A program made the translations under genes and the position numbers. 64,000 nucleotides of DNA from an uncultured Alphaproteobacteria bacterium (GTDB lineage Bacteria > Pseudomonadota > Alphaproteobacteria > Paracaedibacterales > CAITNM01). The stretch is taken from positions 133,664-197,663 of the forward strand of contig CAITNM010000026.1 in assembly GCA_903893805.1 (NCBI GenBank). The letters are read 5' to 3'. The notes under the pieces were generated by a model. The model searched no databases and was not told the DNA's origin. It was given only the letters and a program-made list of their open reading frames with translations. This document shows, one piece after another, positions 30,477 to 40,998 of the stretch. The first letter of the stretch is position 1. Every line of letters starts with the position of its first letter.

Positions 30477-31525
30477 TTGATTGAATCAAAACAAACATTA
30501 TCTATAAACCAAGCAGTATAATCCTCAAGTGATTTTACAAAAGGCATCAAATCTAAATGATCTGGCTTGTAGACAAGCTTACGATCATGATAGCCGGCTG
30601 TTAGATCACAAAGCCATTTTGCTACGGCTTCGCTTCCACGATCAAAAGGCATGGCGTGTGAATGAAACCAATAAACTGCTGCTATATGACTAAGAAGGGT
30701 CTTTTCATCATCCTGCCAATGCATTGCTTTAATCCAGTGCTTCTCACATTCTTTCATAAGAAGGTCTATGTTTTCTGATGATGTATGATGTATTAAGAAA
30801 GATGAGTGGTTGTAAAAAGCCTCTATTGTCGCTGCTGAAATAGTATGGTCCTTCTCCATTTCAATGAGACCACAAATAGTACTAATTGGTATTTGTTGTC
30901 CTTCTGTGAAATGTGTTGGGCATAATCTTATTTGACCTAGCTTTCTATTATTGGCAAGCTCTTGAGCTTTCTCAGCAAAACTTGGCCTAACGCCAAGGAT
31001 ATGCTTATGAAATACCCACATTTTTTCGTCTAGAAGCTCTGGAGAATAATATCCATAAAAATGATTTAAGCGTATACGTTCATTCACAAAATCACAAACA
31101 TGGATTTTCTCGAGTGTATCATTGGAATTCGAAAGATCATGATTTCCTGGTATTGGTAAAAATCTTTTTGTGCAAAGAGCACTTATTTCTTCAGCATGAG
31201 CTCGATCACGCTCAGATAAAGGAGTGATAGTTCCTGAGCCTCCTGCTCTTGAGATACCAAAATGCCCATCTGTATTGCATTGCCTTGCTATCTCTCTTCT
31301 CGTGTTACCTAATGAGTTGTGCAGCGTTTTAAACGAATTACTATCAATAGGATCTTGGCTTGATTTTAATGTTGCTAGTCCTTTTTCATAAGCCTTCACC
31401 CATTCAGTATCAAAGATTAGTCTTGCTTCTTGAGAAAATCCTGAATCTTGGTTGGGATTTTCATCCATGCTAGCAAATACTTGCAGGGCAAGTATGTTTA
31501 GTATTAATAAAAAGTTTTTTTTCAT
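30473..31525 (-). CDS. Hypothetical secreted protein (orphan)
   Basis: Signal peptide MKKNFLLILNILALQVFAS. I recognise no family. A loosely Fic-like stretch HAMPFDRGSE lies at 30629-30658. Confidence 0.5.
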   Translation of the reverse strand: MKKNFLLILNILALQVFASMDENPNQDSGFSQEARLIFDTEWVKAYEKGLATLKSSQDPIDSNSFKTLHNSLGNTRREIARQCNTDGHFGISRAGGSGTITPLSERDRAHAEEISALCTKRFLPIPGNHDLSNSNDTLEKIHVCDFVNERIRLNHFYGYYSPELLDEKMWVFHKHILGVRPSFAEKAQELANNRKLGQIRLCPTHFTEGQQIPISTICGLIEMEKDHTISAATIEAFYNHSSFLIHHTSSENIDLLMKECEKHWIKAMHWQDDEKTLLSHIAAVYWFHSHAMPFDRGSEAVAKWLCDLTAGYHDRKLVYKPDHLDLMPFVKSLEDYTAWFIDNVCFDSIN

Positions 31526-31636
31526 ATCTTCAAATTTAAATATCTATATGTGTTATATAATGATAATTTTTCTATTTTCAATAGATACAATACTTATTAT
31601 GCAGAGATGGAAAAATTTTCTTCTTTTTGACTTATA

Positions 31637-31673
31637 AGAAAAGCTAGGAACTAAATGTTCTTAGCTTTTCTTT
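31637..31673 (-). terminator. 16-bp-stem hairpin straddling the topA stop codon
   Basis: aagaaaagctaggaac / gttcttagcttttctt pairs 15 of 16 with a 5-nt loop. There is no U-tract on the topA strand, so the function is uncertain. Confidence 0.35.
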
Positions 31674-34069
31674 TTTGCTGCTGCTTTTGCTTTTGGCGCA
31701 GGTTTAGCTTTTGGTTTAAATCCAGCCCTTGGTGGGGCATTACGCTTTTTTTCCAAAATAGCTAACGCTTCTTCCAATGTAACTTCCATGAAATTATAAG
31801 CTTTAGGAATTGAAGTAAACGCACCATCGTATTTTAAATAAGGACCAAATCGGCCTATGCCCACAAGAATATCTTCCTGAGTTTCAGGGTGCTTGCCAAT
31901 AGGTGAAGGCATAGCTGCCAATTTTAGCGCTTGTTCCAAAGGGATTGTGTAAGGATCAAACCCTGGGGGAATGCTAACGCGTTTGGGTTTTTTGACATCT
32001 TTTTCTTCCCATTGCAAATAGGGTCCATAAGGTCCCTTTCGAACGGTGATATCTACTCCAAGGTTGGGGTCTTGACCAAGTACAATAACATCATTGGCTT
32101 CTTGCAAACCTTCTTCAGAGTTAGCAGTTCCGTTAAGTGACTTTGTATATTTGCAATCAGGGTAACGATTGCAGCCAAGGAAAGGACCAAATTTACTAAG
32201 CTTTAAAGAAAGCTGACCTTCGCTACATGTTGGGCAAGCTTTTGGGTTTTCCTTTGTCATGTCAAACAGCGAAGACTCAAGGTCTTTTTGCACGTCGTCT
32301 AAAACTTGACTTATTTTTAAGGGTTCTGCCAATTTTACTGTGTCATGAAATGGCACCCAAAAAGCGTTCATTACGTCAATCCACCCGCGACGTCCACCTG
32401 AAATATCATCTAACTGCTCTTCAAGATCAGCTGTGAAATCATATTGAACGTATTTGGGGAAATAATGGCTTAAGAACGATGTTACCAATCTCCCGCGCTG
32501 GTCTGGGTGAAATTGACGTTTTTCAATACGAACATAATCACGGTCTTGTAGTGTTTGGATTAATGAAACGTATGTTGAAGGGCGTCCAATTCCTAATTCT
32601 GTAAGCTTTTTAACAAGGCTTGCTTCTGTATAGCGCGGCGGAGGTTGGGTAAAATGCTGTTCCGGAGAGATCTCGTTAATTGCAATAGCTTCACCAACAC
32701 TTAAAGGAGGCAAGATACGATCATCATCTTCAGCAGTTTTGTCGTCAGTCTTGTCTTCTTTGTTTTCTTGGTCCTTACCTTCTTGGTACAATTTCAAGAA
32801 TCCATCAAAAACAAGGGTTGAACCAGTTGCACGCCAACTTGTTTGTTTGTCGTGGGATACAATATCCACACCCACTTGGTCAAACAAAGCATTTTCCATT
32901 TGGCTGGCAACAGTACGTTTCCAAATAAGTTCGTAGAGTTTTAGTTGCGCATCATCAAGGTATGCAGCCATTGCTTTTGGAGTACGCACAAAATCAGTCG
33001 GGCGAATCGCCTCGTGGGCCTCTTGTGCATTCTTTGCTTTGCTTTTATAAAGACGCGGTGCATCTGGCAAATATTGTTTTCCAAAGTCTTTCTCGATAAA
33101 TTCTCTAGCTGACGCTAAAGCATCACTTGAAAGAATAACGCTATCGGTACGCATGTAGGTTACTAAGCCGGTAGTTTCACCGTCTATTTCAACGCCTTCA
33201 TAGAGATTTTGGGCAAGCTGCATCGTTTTCTTTGGGCTATACCCTAGTTTTCTTGAAGCTTCTTGCTGTAATGTTGATGTTGTAAATGGTGCTGCAGGAT
33301 TGCGACGCACCTGTTTCTTTTCAATATCACTAACTGTGAATGTTGATTTTTCAATAATATCAGCTGCAGCTTTAGCTGCTTCTTCGTTGGGTAGGCCAAA
33401 CTTATCCAGCTTTTTACCGTTTAAAAAATTCAATCTCGCTAAAAAATTAACGCTTGAACTGTTCATGCATTGAGTTTCAACAGACCAATACTCTTGAGTT
33501 TTAAAGACGTCTATTTCTTGCTCTCGTTCAACGATCAAGCGTAAAGCAACCGATTGCACACGCCCTGCAGAGCGAGCGCCTGGAAGTTTTCTCCATAAAA
33601 TAGGAGATAAAGTAAATCCCACAAGATAATCAAGTGCTCGGCGCGCCAAGTACGCGTCTACGAGTTCTTTATTAATGGCTCTTGGTGATTTCAGCGATTC
33701 TTGGACAGCACGCTTTGTGATTTCGTTGAAAACAATCCGTTGCACATTCATGCCGGTGGTTGCTTTCATTTCTTCTAGAACTTGTTGAATATGCCAAGAA
33801 ATGGCTTCTCCTTCACGATCCGGGTCGGTTGCTAGAAATAAATTTTTAGCGCCCTTTGCTAAAGCAACAATGTCTTTAATGCGTTTTTTTCCTTGTTCAT
33901 CAAGTTCCCAAATCATGGAAAAATTATCATTTGGATTCACTGATCCATTTTTTGATGGCAAATCGCGCACATGACCATAGCTAGCAATGACTTTATAGTC
34001 GCTACCTAGGTATTTGTTGATAGTCTTAGCTTTTGAAGGCGACTCAACTATAACGACACTTTGTGACAA
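31661..34069 (-). CDS. topA: DNA topoisomerase I
   Basis: Toprim N-terminus (VVIVESPSKAKTI), the active-site region, C-terminal zinc ribbons (CPTC...C..C) and a Lys-rich tail. Confidence 0.95.
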   Translation of the reverse strand: MSQSVVIVESPSKAKTINKYLGSDYKVIASYGHVRDLPSKNGSVNPNDNFSMIWELDEQGKKRIKDIVALAKGAKNLFLATDPDREGEAISWHIQQVLEEMKATTGMNVQRIVFNEITKRAVQESLKSPRAINKELVDAYLARRALDYLVGFTLSPILWRKLPGARSAGRVQSVALRLIVEREQEIDVFKTQEYWSVETQCMNSSSVNFLARLNFLNGKKLDKFGLPNEEAAKAAADIIEKSTFTVSDIEKKQVRRNPAAPFTTSTLQQEASRKLGYSPKKTMQLAQNLYEGVEIDGETTGLVTYMRTDSVILSSDALASAREFIEKDFGKQYLPDAPRLYKSKAKNAQEAHEAIRPTDFVRTPKAMAAYLDDAQLKLYELIWKRTVASQMENALFDQVGVDIVSHDKQTSWRATGSTLVFDGFLKLYQEGKDQENKEDKTDDKTAEDDDRILPPLSVGEAIAINEISPEQHFTQPPPRYTEASLVKKLTELGIGRPSTYVSLIQTLQDRDYVRIEKRQFHPDQRGRLVTSFLSHYFPKYVQYDFTADLEEQLDDISGGRRGWIDVMNAFWVPFHDTVKLAEPLKISQVLDDVQKDLESSLFDMTKENPKACPTCSEGQLSLKLSKFGPFLGCNRYPDCKYTKSLNGTANSEEGLQEANDVIVLGQDPNLGVDITVRKGPYGPYLQWEEKDVKKPKRVSIPPGFDPYTIPLEQALKLAAMPSPIGKHPETQEDILVGIGRFGPYLKYDGAFTSIPKAYNFMEVTLEEALAILEKKRNAPPRAGFKPKAKPAPKAKAAAKKKS

Positions 34070-34315
34070 GGAAACCTCTGTCTTTAAATTTTAATAAAAT
34101 TATTCTATTTAGCACCGCACTGTAGCAAGACCAATTGCTCATGACAAGCGACACGCTATAAACAGTATGTGTATATATTGATTAAAAATACTAACAGAGT
34201 AGTGGTTGAATATAAACAAGCAATTTTTTTTCTTAAATTAATTCGTCTTATCCGTCACTAGGAAACATGTTTTCCTTATGCTATCGTAGCCGAAAATAGT
34301 AACTATATTTAAGTT

Positions 34316-35056
34316 GTGAAACGACTCCTCTCCGGACTACTTGTTCTAATGCTTGCATCCTGTGCAGACGATAGTGAAAAATTTGATGAAATGTCAGTTG
34401 AACAGCTGTATTTAATGGCTGTTGATCGTATGGAAGCCAAAAAACATAAAGAGGCTGGATTAGCGTATGCTGAGGTTGAGCGTCAGCATCCATATTCTGA
34501 CTGGTCGCTTAATGCGCAAGTCATGGCTGGGTATGCATACTATTTAGCTAAAAAATATGAAGATGCGGAAGAATCATTCGAAACATTTATTCAGCTGCAT
34601 CCTGGGCATGAGTACGTTCCATATGCTATGTACATGCTTGGTTTGATTTCTTATGAGCAGATTCCTATTGTGGAACGTGATCAAACTCCCGCAAAAGAGA
34701 GTGCTGATGCTTTCCAAAAATTAATCAACCGTTTCCCTGATACTAAGTATGCAAAAGACGCTAGATTAAAAATTGACTTGATTCGTGATCATTTAGCAGC
34801 AAAAGAAGTTGAAGTTGCTAGGTATTACCAACAAAAAGAAGCGCATCTGCCGGCAATTAATCGTTTAAAAGCAGTGGTTAAGGAATATGAAAAATCAGCT
34901 CATGTTCCAGAAGCTCTTTATCGTCTGGTCATTTCTTATTTAGCGCTTGGTTTATATGATGAAGCGCAGGCCTCTGCTGCGGTTCTAGGTCACAACTATG
35001 GTGACTCTGATTGGTATTCCTTGGCTTATGAAGCTATGCAAGGGGTTAAACGCTAG
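34316..35056 (+). CDS. bamD: Outer membrane protein assembly factor BamD
   Basis: Lipobox MLASC, TPR-like helices, the motif YPYSDW / PDTKYAKDA, and the conserved position upstream of recN. Confidence 0.85.
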   Translation: MKRLLSGLLVLMLASCADDSEKFDEMSVEQLYLMAVDRMEAKKHKEAGLAYAEVERQHPYSDWSLNAQVMAGYAYYLAKKYEDAEESFETFIQLHPGHEYVPYAMYMLGLISYEQIPIVERDQTPAKESADAFQKLINRFPDTKYAKDARLKIDLIRDHLAAKEVEVARYYQQKEAHLPAINRLKAVVKEYEKSAHVPEALYRLVISYLALGLYDEAQASAAVLGHNYGDSDWYSLAYEAMQGVKR

Positions 35057-35059
35057 CGC

Positions 35060-36712
35060 ATGCTACGTACACTCAGTATACGCAATGTTGTGCTGATTGA
35101 AGCGTTAGACCTGTCTTTTGAGTCTGGGTTTTGTGTGCTTACCGGAGAAACAGGAGCTGGAAAATCTATTCTGCTTGATGCTTTGTGTCTGGTTTTGGGG
35201 CAACGGGGTGAGCAGACTCTTATTCGAAAAAATGTTGAGCAAGCTTCTGTTTTTGCTGAATTTGAATATGACTCTTATTTTGATGATTTTTTTGAAGAGC
35301 AGGGATTACCCAAACGTGATGTGATTGCTCTGCGTAGAGTTTTACAAACAAACGGGCGCTCTAAAGCTTTTATTAATGACGAATCTGTTACTGCGCAAAC
35401 TTTAAAAATTTTAGGTGATCAACTCATTAATATTCATGGGCAACAAGATCACTTATTTGAATTAAGTCGTCAACGTGTTCTTTTGGATCAAGCAATTGAC
35501 TTACAAATTAGAGATACCGTTGAAACAGCGCATGAGTGTTTGCAAACAGCTATTTTTAATTTAAAAGCCTTTGAAGAAAGCATTTCTACTAATCAAAGTC
35601 AAAAAGCATTTTTGAAAATGCAGCTGGAAGATTTAAAAAATCTATCGCCCGTTGATGGTGAAGAAACATTGCTTTTGCAAAAACGTGAAGCAATTGTTGG
35701 GTTTGCAAAAATTGCAGATACGGTAGCTTCTTGTTTGACAGGGCTAACATTTCCTAAAGATTTGGCCAGTGAAATTGCACAGCACCAGCAAACGCTCACA
35801 AGGTCTAGCCAACCCGGATTAGAAGCCTTGGAAGAAGCTGCTAAAAGTTTAGACAGGGCTTACATTGAAGTTAAAGAAACGCAACAAGCACTGCGTGATT
35901 TGCTTGATCAACATCAAGCTCATGCAAAAGAACTGCAAGCTTATGACCAACGTTATAGTGAATTACATTCTGTTGCTAAAAAATATAATATTGCTGGCGA
36001 TGATTTGTATGGCGTTTTGCAAAATTTGCAGGGTCAGCAACAGGCGCTTGATGACCCTGAATATGAACGTACTCAGTTACAAAAACAATTGAGTAAAGCT
36101 AAGCAAAAATATATTGAAGCTGCTCAAATTTTATCAAAACACCGAACTCAAGCAGCAAGTATTTTAGAAACTAATGTGCATAAGGAACTGCCTGATTTAT
36201 TTTTGCCTCATGCACGTTTTCGTATTAATTTTGTTCCCTTGTCAGAAGTGCAGTGGGGTGCGCATGGAACAGAGCAAGTTGTTTTTGAAGTGTGCATGAA
36301 TCCAGGTCAGCTTTTCACTCCTTTGCACAAAACTGCGTCCGGTGGTGAAATGGCAAGGTTGATGCTGGCATTAAAGGTCGCGACTGCAAATCAACGCAAC
36401 CTATCAACATTAATTTTTGATGAAATTGACCATGGGGTTAGTGGTTCTGTAGCACTTGCAATTGGTAGACGCTTACGCCGTCTAGGTAAATGTGGTCAGG
36501 TCATGGCGATTACTCATTCGGCCCAGGTGGCTTCACAAGCGGAACACCATCTGGTTGTAGAAAAACGGCAAGAACAAGCATCGACAGCTACAACAGTGCA
36601 AATTTTATCTGAAAATGAGCGTGTTAGTGAAATAGCGCGCATGCTTTCCGGAAATGATGTGAACAATGCAGCCCGTATGGCAGCAATAGAATTAATGAAG
36701 GAGATTCCGTGA
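35060..36712 (+). CDS. recN: DNA repair protein RecN
   Basis: Walker A GETGAGKSIL, a coiled-coil middle, the signature SGGEMARL and Walker B LIFDEID. Confidence 0.95.
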   Translation: MLRTLSIRNVVLIEALDLSFESGFCVLTGETGAGKSILLDALCLVLGQRGEQTLIRKNVEQASVFAEFEYDSYFDDFFEEQGLPKRDVIALRRVLQTNGRSKAFINDESVTAQTLKILGDQLINIHGQQDHLFELSRQRVLLDQAIDLQIRDTVETAHECLQTAIFNLKAFEESISTNQSQKAFLKMQLEDLKNLSPVDGEETLLLQKREAIVGFAKIADTVASCLTGLTFPKDLASEIAQHQQTLTRSSQPGLEALEEAAKSLDRAYIEVKETQQALRDLLDQHQAHAKELQAYDQRYSELHSVAKKYNIAGDDLYGVLQNLQGQQQALDDPEYERTQLQKQLSKAKQKYIEAAQILSKHRTQAASILETNVHKELPDLFLPHARFRINFVPLSEVQWGAHGTEQVVFEVCMNPGQLFTPLHKTASGGEMARLMLALKVATANQRNLSTLIFDEIDHGVSGSVALAIGRRLRRLGKCGQVMAITHSAQVASQAEHHLVVEKRQEQASTATTVQILSENERVSEIARMLSGNDVNNAARMAAIELMKEIP

Positions 36713-37767
36713 TTGTTTTATGTGCTGGTGGAACGGGTGGTCATGTGTTTCCAGCTGAAGGCCTCGCATCATTTTTAAAAAAACGTGGTCATAAACTGGC
36801 TCTTCTAACTGATTCAAGAGCAATGAATTTTGTCAATTACGAATATTTCGACGCTATAGAAATATTGAATGTGCGTCGTGATAATATTTTTATATACCTG
36901 CTTACAATGCTAAAAAGCATTTTAAAAGGGCTTTGGTTTATCTATAAAAATAAAGCAAGCATTGTTGTTGGGTTTGGTGGATACCCTTCTTTTCCTGGTA
37001 TGATAGCGGCGCAGCTGTTATTTAAAAAAACGTTGCTACATGAACAAAATGCTGTGCTTGGTCGAGCAAACAAATTCTTGCAACGTTTTGCTAAGGGATT
37101 GGCTATAAGTTTTTCCCCTACGCTTGGAGCACCAAATTCAGCGATTTGGACTGGCAACCCTGTGCGTAAACTTGTACGTATGGCAATGATAACCCCTAGG
37201 GCTAACAATTATGAAAAGTTTCACATTTGTATTGTTGGTGGCAGCCAGGGAGCAAGACTGTTTTCAGACGTTATTCCAAAAGCAGTTGAGCTGTTGCCAG
37301 AATCTTTACAAGAACAGCTTATCATTACGCAGCAATGTCGTCGTGAGCAGTTAAGCGATGTTAAACATATTTACGACAGACTTAAGATAAGCTCTTTTTT
37401 GGAAAGTTTTTTTAGCGATATGCCAAGTAGACTACGCAATGCTGATTTAGCAATTTGTCGAGCAGGTGCTTCCACTGTTGCCGAATTAACATGTCTTGGA
37501 GTTCCTGCAATTTTTGTTCCCTTAGCTATTTCAAAAGATAATGATCAAGGGGAAAATGCCCGCCAGGTAGTAAGTGCTGGGGGTGCTTGGGTTATAAATG
37601 AATCAGAACTAACTCCACCGGCTTTGGCGCAACTTATTGAAAATGCAATGAAAAATAGGAAAATCTTAGCAGCAATGAGTGAATCTATTCATCACCTAGC
37701 AAAGCCTCAAGCTGCAGAAGATTTAGCGGATTGGGTTGAAAGTTTCTTACAGGATAGCTATCTATAA
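36709..37767 (+). CDS. murG: UDP-GlcNAc:undecaprenyl-PP-MurNAc-pentapeptide GlcNAc transferase
   Basis: GGTGGHVFPA, plus the C-terminal nucleotide-sugar binding region. The GTG start overlaps the recN stop (GTGA). Confidence 0.9.
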   Translation: MIVLCAGGTGGHVFPAEGLASFLKKRGHKLALLTDSRAMNFVNYEYFDAIEILNVRRDNIFIYLLTMLKSILKGLWFIYKNKASIVVGFGGYPSFPGMIAAQLLFKKTLLHEQNAVLGRANKFLQRFAKGLAISFSPTLGAPNSAIWTGNPVRKLVRMAMITPRANNYEKFHICIVGGSQGARLFSDVIPKAVELLPESLQEQLIITQQCRREQLSDVKHIYDRLKISSFLESFFSDMPSRLRNADLAICRAGASTVAELTCLGVPAIFVPLAISKDNDQGENARQVVSAGGAWVINESELTPPALAQLIENAMKNRKILAAMSESIHHLAKPQAAEDLADWVESFLQDSYL

Positions 37768-37796
37768 GAAGTAATCTTTTTCTGCATAATATTTAA

Positions 37797-39278
37797 ATGA
37801 ATATTTTACCTGGTCAAACGCGAGCTCTTCATTTTATCGGAATTGGTGGCATTGGCATGAGCGGCATCGCTGAAGTGCTTCACCAAAGTGGTTTTAAAGT
37901 TCAAGGCGCTGATATAGCCGAAACCTATAACACAAAAAGACTCCAGTCTTTAGGTATACCTGTATTTATTGGCCATGATATTCAAAATCTGTCTAAGGTA
38001 CAGGCTGTAGTTATTTCAACAGCTGTTCAGTCTGATAATATTGAGCTTCTTGAAGCACGTCGTTTGCGTATTCCTGTCATGCATCGTTCAGAAATGCTAG
38101 CAGAAATCATGCGTAGACGTTTGTCATTAGCGGTTGGGGGGACTCATGGTAAGACAACCACTACATCGCTGTTAGCGTGGTTGATTGATGCAGCAGGTAT
38201 GGATCCTACGATTGTGAATGGTGGGATTATTAATGAATACAATACCAATGCCCGTCTAGGCAAAAGTAATTGGGCTGTTGTTGAAGCTGATGAATCTGAT
38301 GGTAGTTTTATCAGGCTTCCAGCCACTATTGCTGTAGTTACCAACATTGACCCGGAACACATGGAGCACTATGGGGATTTTGAGTCTTTATATTCTGCTT
38401 TCCGTCATTTTGTGAGGAACGTGCCATTTTATGGGTTAGGAGTACTGTGCGTTGATCATCCTACTGTGCAAAAACTTGCAGAGGAAATTGCTGACCGCCG
38501 TATGGTAACCTACGGTTTTAATGAGAATGCAGATGTATCAGCACAGAATGTTAAGTTTGATTCAGATGGTGTTGTTTTTGATGTTATTATAAAACCTGAT
38601 TATTTGGAAAAACAGCGAGAACATGCAAATTATGTGGGAGAAAATATAACGGCACTCCCTGCTGTTTTAAAAGATGTATACCTACCAATGATGGGACGAC
38701 ACAATGTGCAAAATGCATTAGCAGTCGTGGCTATAGCTCAAGAACTAGGAATAGCTGATGCAGTCTTAAGGCATGCATTTAGGACGTTTAAGGGGATAAA
38801 ACGACGTTTTACTCAGGTTGGAAGTGTCCATGGGGTGCGTATTATTGATGATTATGCACATCACCCTGCTGAGATTCGTGCAGTTATTTCTTCAGCTCAG
38901 CAAGCTGCTAAAGGAAAAATATATGCTGTGGTGCAGCCACACCGATATTCGAGATTAAAGAACTTATTTGAAGATTTTGTGAATTGCTTTGAAGGGTGTG
39001 AGCAAGTTTTGGTTTCTCCTGTATATACAGCCGGTGAAGTGCCAAATGGTGTTACAGGTGAAGATTTGGCAAACAGTATAGCTGAAAAGGGCATATTGGT
39101 TCGTTACTTTGAGTACCCATCTTCTTTAGCAGGTTTTCTAATACCGTTTTTAGAACCAGGAGATATGATTCTTTGCATGGGAGCCGGAAGCATTACAACT
39201 TGGGCTCTTGAACTGGTGCAGGATTTAGAGAAAAATTTTCATCCAGCTTTAAAAGCTGTAAATGAGAATTGTTTATAA
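37797..39278 (+). CDS. murC: UDP-N-acetylmuramate--L-alanine ligase
   Basis: HFIGIGGIGMSGIAEVL, GTHGKTTTTS, DDYAHHP. Confidence 0.95.
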   Translation: MNILPGQTRALHFIGIGGIGMSGIAEVLHQSGFKVQGADIAETYNTKRLQSLGIPVFIGHDIQNLSKVQAVVISTAVQSDNIELLEARRLRIPVMHRSEMLAEIMRRRLSLAVGGTHGKTTTTSLLAWLIDAAGMDPTIVNGGIINEYNTNARLGKSNWAVVEADESDGSFIRLPATIAVVTNIDPEHMEHYGDFESLYSAFRHFVRNVPFYGLGVLCVDHPTVQKLAEEIADRRMVTYGFNENADVSAQNVKFDSDGVVFDVIIKPDYLEKQREHANYVGENITALPAVLKDVYLPMMGRHNVQNALAVVAIAQELGIADAVLRHAFRTFKGIKRRFTQVGSVHGVRIIDDYAHHPAEIRAVISSAQQAAKGKIYAVVQPHRYSRLKNLFEDFVNCFEGCEQVLVSPVYTAGEVPNGVTGEDLANSIAEKGILVRYFEYPSSLAGFLIPFLEPGDMILCMGAGSITTWALELVQDLEKNFHPALKAVNENCL

Positions 39279-39367
39279 AGAGCGGCTCAAAAAGCGCGAG
39301 GGGAACACGCTGATTTGAACCGCATCCCTTTCGGGTTAATTTAACAATAACGTAGAAATATTAATCA

Positions 39368-40294
39368 ATGGTTACTGTTGTAAAAAATAACTTCGATCTA
39401 AATTTTAAGGATGTTTTGCCTGCTGTGCGCGGGCGTTACAGCTTTGGGACACTTTTGTCTGGCTTAACTTGGTTTCAGGTTGGTGGGCCTGCTGAGGTAT
39501 TATATAAACCTGAAGATGTTTCGGATCTACAATATTTTTTAAAAAACAAGCCATCTGACTTACCGTATTTTTTACTTGGGGCTGGCTCAAATGTGTTGGT
39601 TCGTGATGGTGGTTATGATGGTGTGGTCATTAAACTGGGCAGAGGTTTTTCAGAAATTACTATCCAAGACAATGAATTGGTTGTAGGTGCTGCAGCATTA
39701 GATAGAACTGTCTCTATGTTTGCAATGCAACATGGTATGAGTGGCGTTGAGTTTTTGGTGACAATTCCAGGCTCTATTGGTGGTGCGGTTGCTATGAATG
39801 CAGGGTGCTACGGATTTGAAGTCAAAGACGTGCTTTCTTGGGTTGAGATAATTGATAGTCAAGGGATAATTCATAAGCTTTTTCCTCATGAAATAAATAT
39901 GAGTTATCGAAAATCAGTATTACCAGTCGGCTGTGTGATTGTGCGCGCAGCATTTAAAATAACCCAAGGTGATGCTGTAGGCATTCAGCAGAATATCCAA
40001 CGGTATTTACAATTACGCGAAGAAAGCCAACCTACTAAGGGGCGCACTGGCGGCAGTACTTTTAAAAATCCTGATCATGCAAAGGCATGGGAATTAATTG
40101 ATAAGGCAGGGTGTCGTGGCATCACCATTGGTGCTGCAAAAATGTCAGACAAACACTGCAATTTCATGTTAAACACAGGCGGTGCCTCTGCTAATGAATT
40201 AGAACGTTTGGGTGAATTAGTGCGCCAAAAAGTGAAGGAAATTTCTGAGCAAGAGCTTGAATGGGAAATTATTAGAATTGGCAGGGCCGCGTAG
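39368..40294 (+). CDS. murB: UDP-N-acetylenolpyruvoylglucosamine reductase
   Basis: FAD-binding GAGSNVLV, GGAVAMNAG, GGSTFKNP. Confidence 0.9.
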   Translation: MVTVVKNNFDLNFKDVLPAVRGRYSFGTLLSGLTWFQVGGPAEVLYKPEDVSDLQYFLKNKPSDLPYFLLGAGSNVLVRDGGYDGVVIKLGRGFSEITIQDNELVVGAAALDRTVSMFAMQHGMSGVEFLVTIPGSIGGAVAMNAGCYGFEVKDVLSWVEIIDSQGIIHKLFPHEINMSYRKSVLPVGCVIVRAAFKITQGDAVGIQQNIQRYLQLREESQPTKGRTGGSTFKNPDHAKAWELIDKAGCRGITIGAAKMSDKHCNFMLNTGGASANELERLGELVRQKVKEISEQELEWEIIRIGRAA

Positions 40295-40295
40295 T

Positions 40296-40328
40296 ATAGT
40301 CCTCTTACACTTATTGCAAGAGGACTAT
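40296..40328. terminator. Bidirectional hairpin between convergent murB and an OMP gene
   Basis: atagtcctctt-(11 nt)-aagaggactat forms a perfect 11-bp stem. Confidence 0.6.
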
Positions 40329-40335
40329 TGTGTTA

Positions 40336-40998
40336 CTAGAACTTGTAGCTCACGCCCAAAGAAATTACGGGATAGTACTTTATTAATTTGTTTTTATTGA
40401 TTTTCTTTACGGCGTCGTTTTTTACGTCTTCAATAGCTTGTGCTTTGTTTGCAGCTGTACCAGATATGCTATTGATTTTTCCTCGTGCGCTGCCTTGGAA
40501 TAAAACGCCTAAGTCAGCATTGAAGCTAAGACCAGAATTGCACTCATGTCCGCTATCAAAACCAAGCCCTAAGTATGGAGCTATTGGACGAAATTTAATC
40601 GTTCCTTTAGCTTCACCAATTTGTTGAGCAGTATAGGTTGTTCCGTTATAAGTATGACTACCATTTGCTGTACCGGTAATATCTAATTTATTTCCGTTGT
40701 ATACTAACCCACCTGTTAAGCGAAATCCATTTTGTAAAAAGTGCCAGTCACCAAGAAGACCTACAGTGAAAAGACGTAATTTTCCTTTGTAATTAACATT
40801 ATCGTTTTTTACTGATTTGTTAAATTTAAAGTAATTTGCAACGCCACGAACTTTGAAAGAGTTATTAATTTTGTATCCAACATTTGCTCCAATACCAAGC
40901 GTGCTTACGCCTAGTCCAGCAGAAAATGAAGAAGGAGCAGCAGCTTGTGCTGAAGCTAGTAAGCTGCTGATAACAGCAGTAAAGATTATTTTTTTCAT
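40336..40998 (-). CDS. Outer membrane beta-barrel protein (OmpW/OMP_b-brl-like)
   Basis: Signal peptide MKKIIFTAVISSLLASAQA, alternating beta-strand pattern, C-terminal ...GVSYKF. The start is moved to ATG 40998. Confidence 0.75.
   Translation of the reverse strand: MKKIIFTAVISSLLASAQAAAPSSFSAGLGVSTLGIGANVGYKINNSFKVRGVANYFKFNKSVKNDNVNYKGKLRLFTVGLLGDWHFLQNGFRLTGGLVYNGNKLDITGTANGSHTYNGTTYTAQQIGEAKGTIKFRPIAPYLGLGFDSGHECNSGLSFNADLGVLFQGSARGKINSISGTAANKAQAIEDVKNDAVKKINKNKLIKYYPVISLGVSYKF

Noticed and set aside
34250-34275. Near-palindrome aggaaacatgttttcct in the topA/bamD divergent spacer
   Set aside because: The dyad is offset by one base, occurs only once, and matches no known operator consensus.
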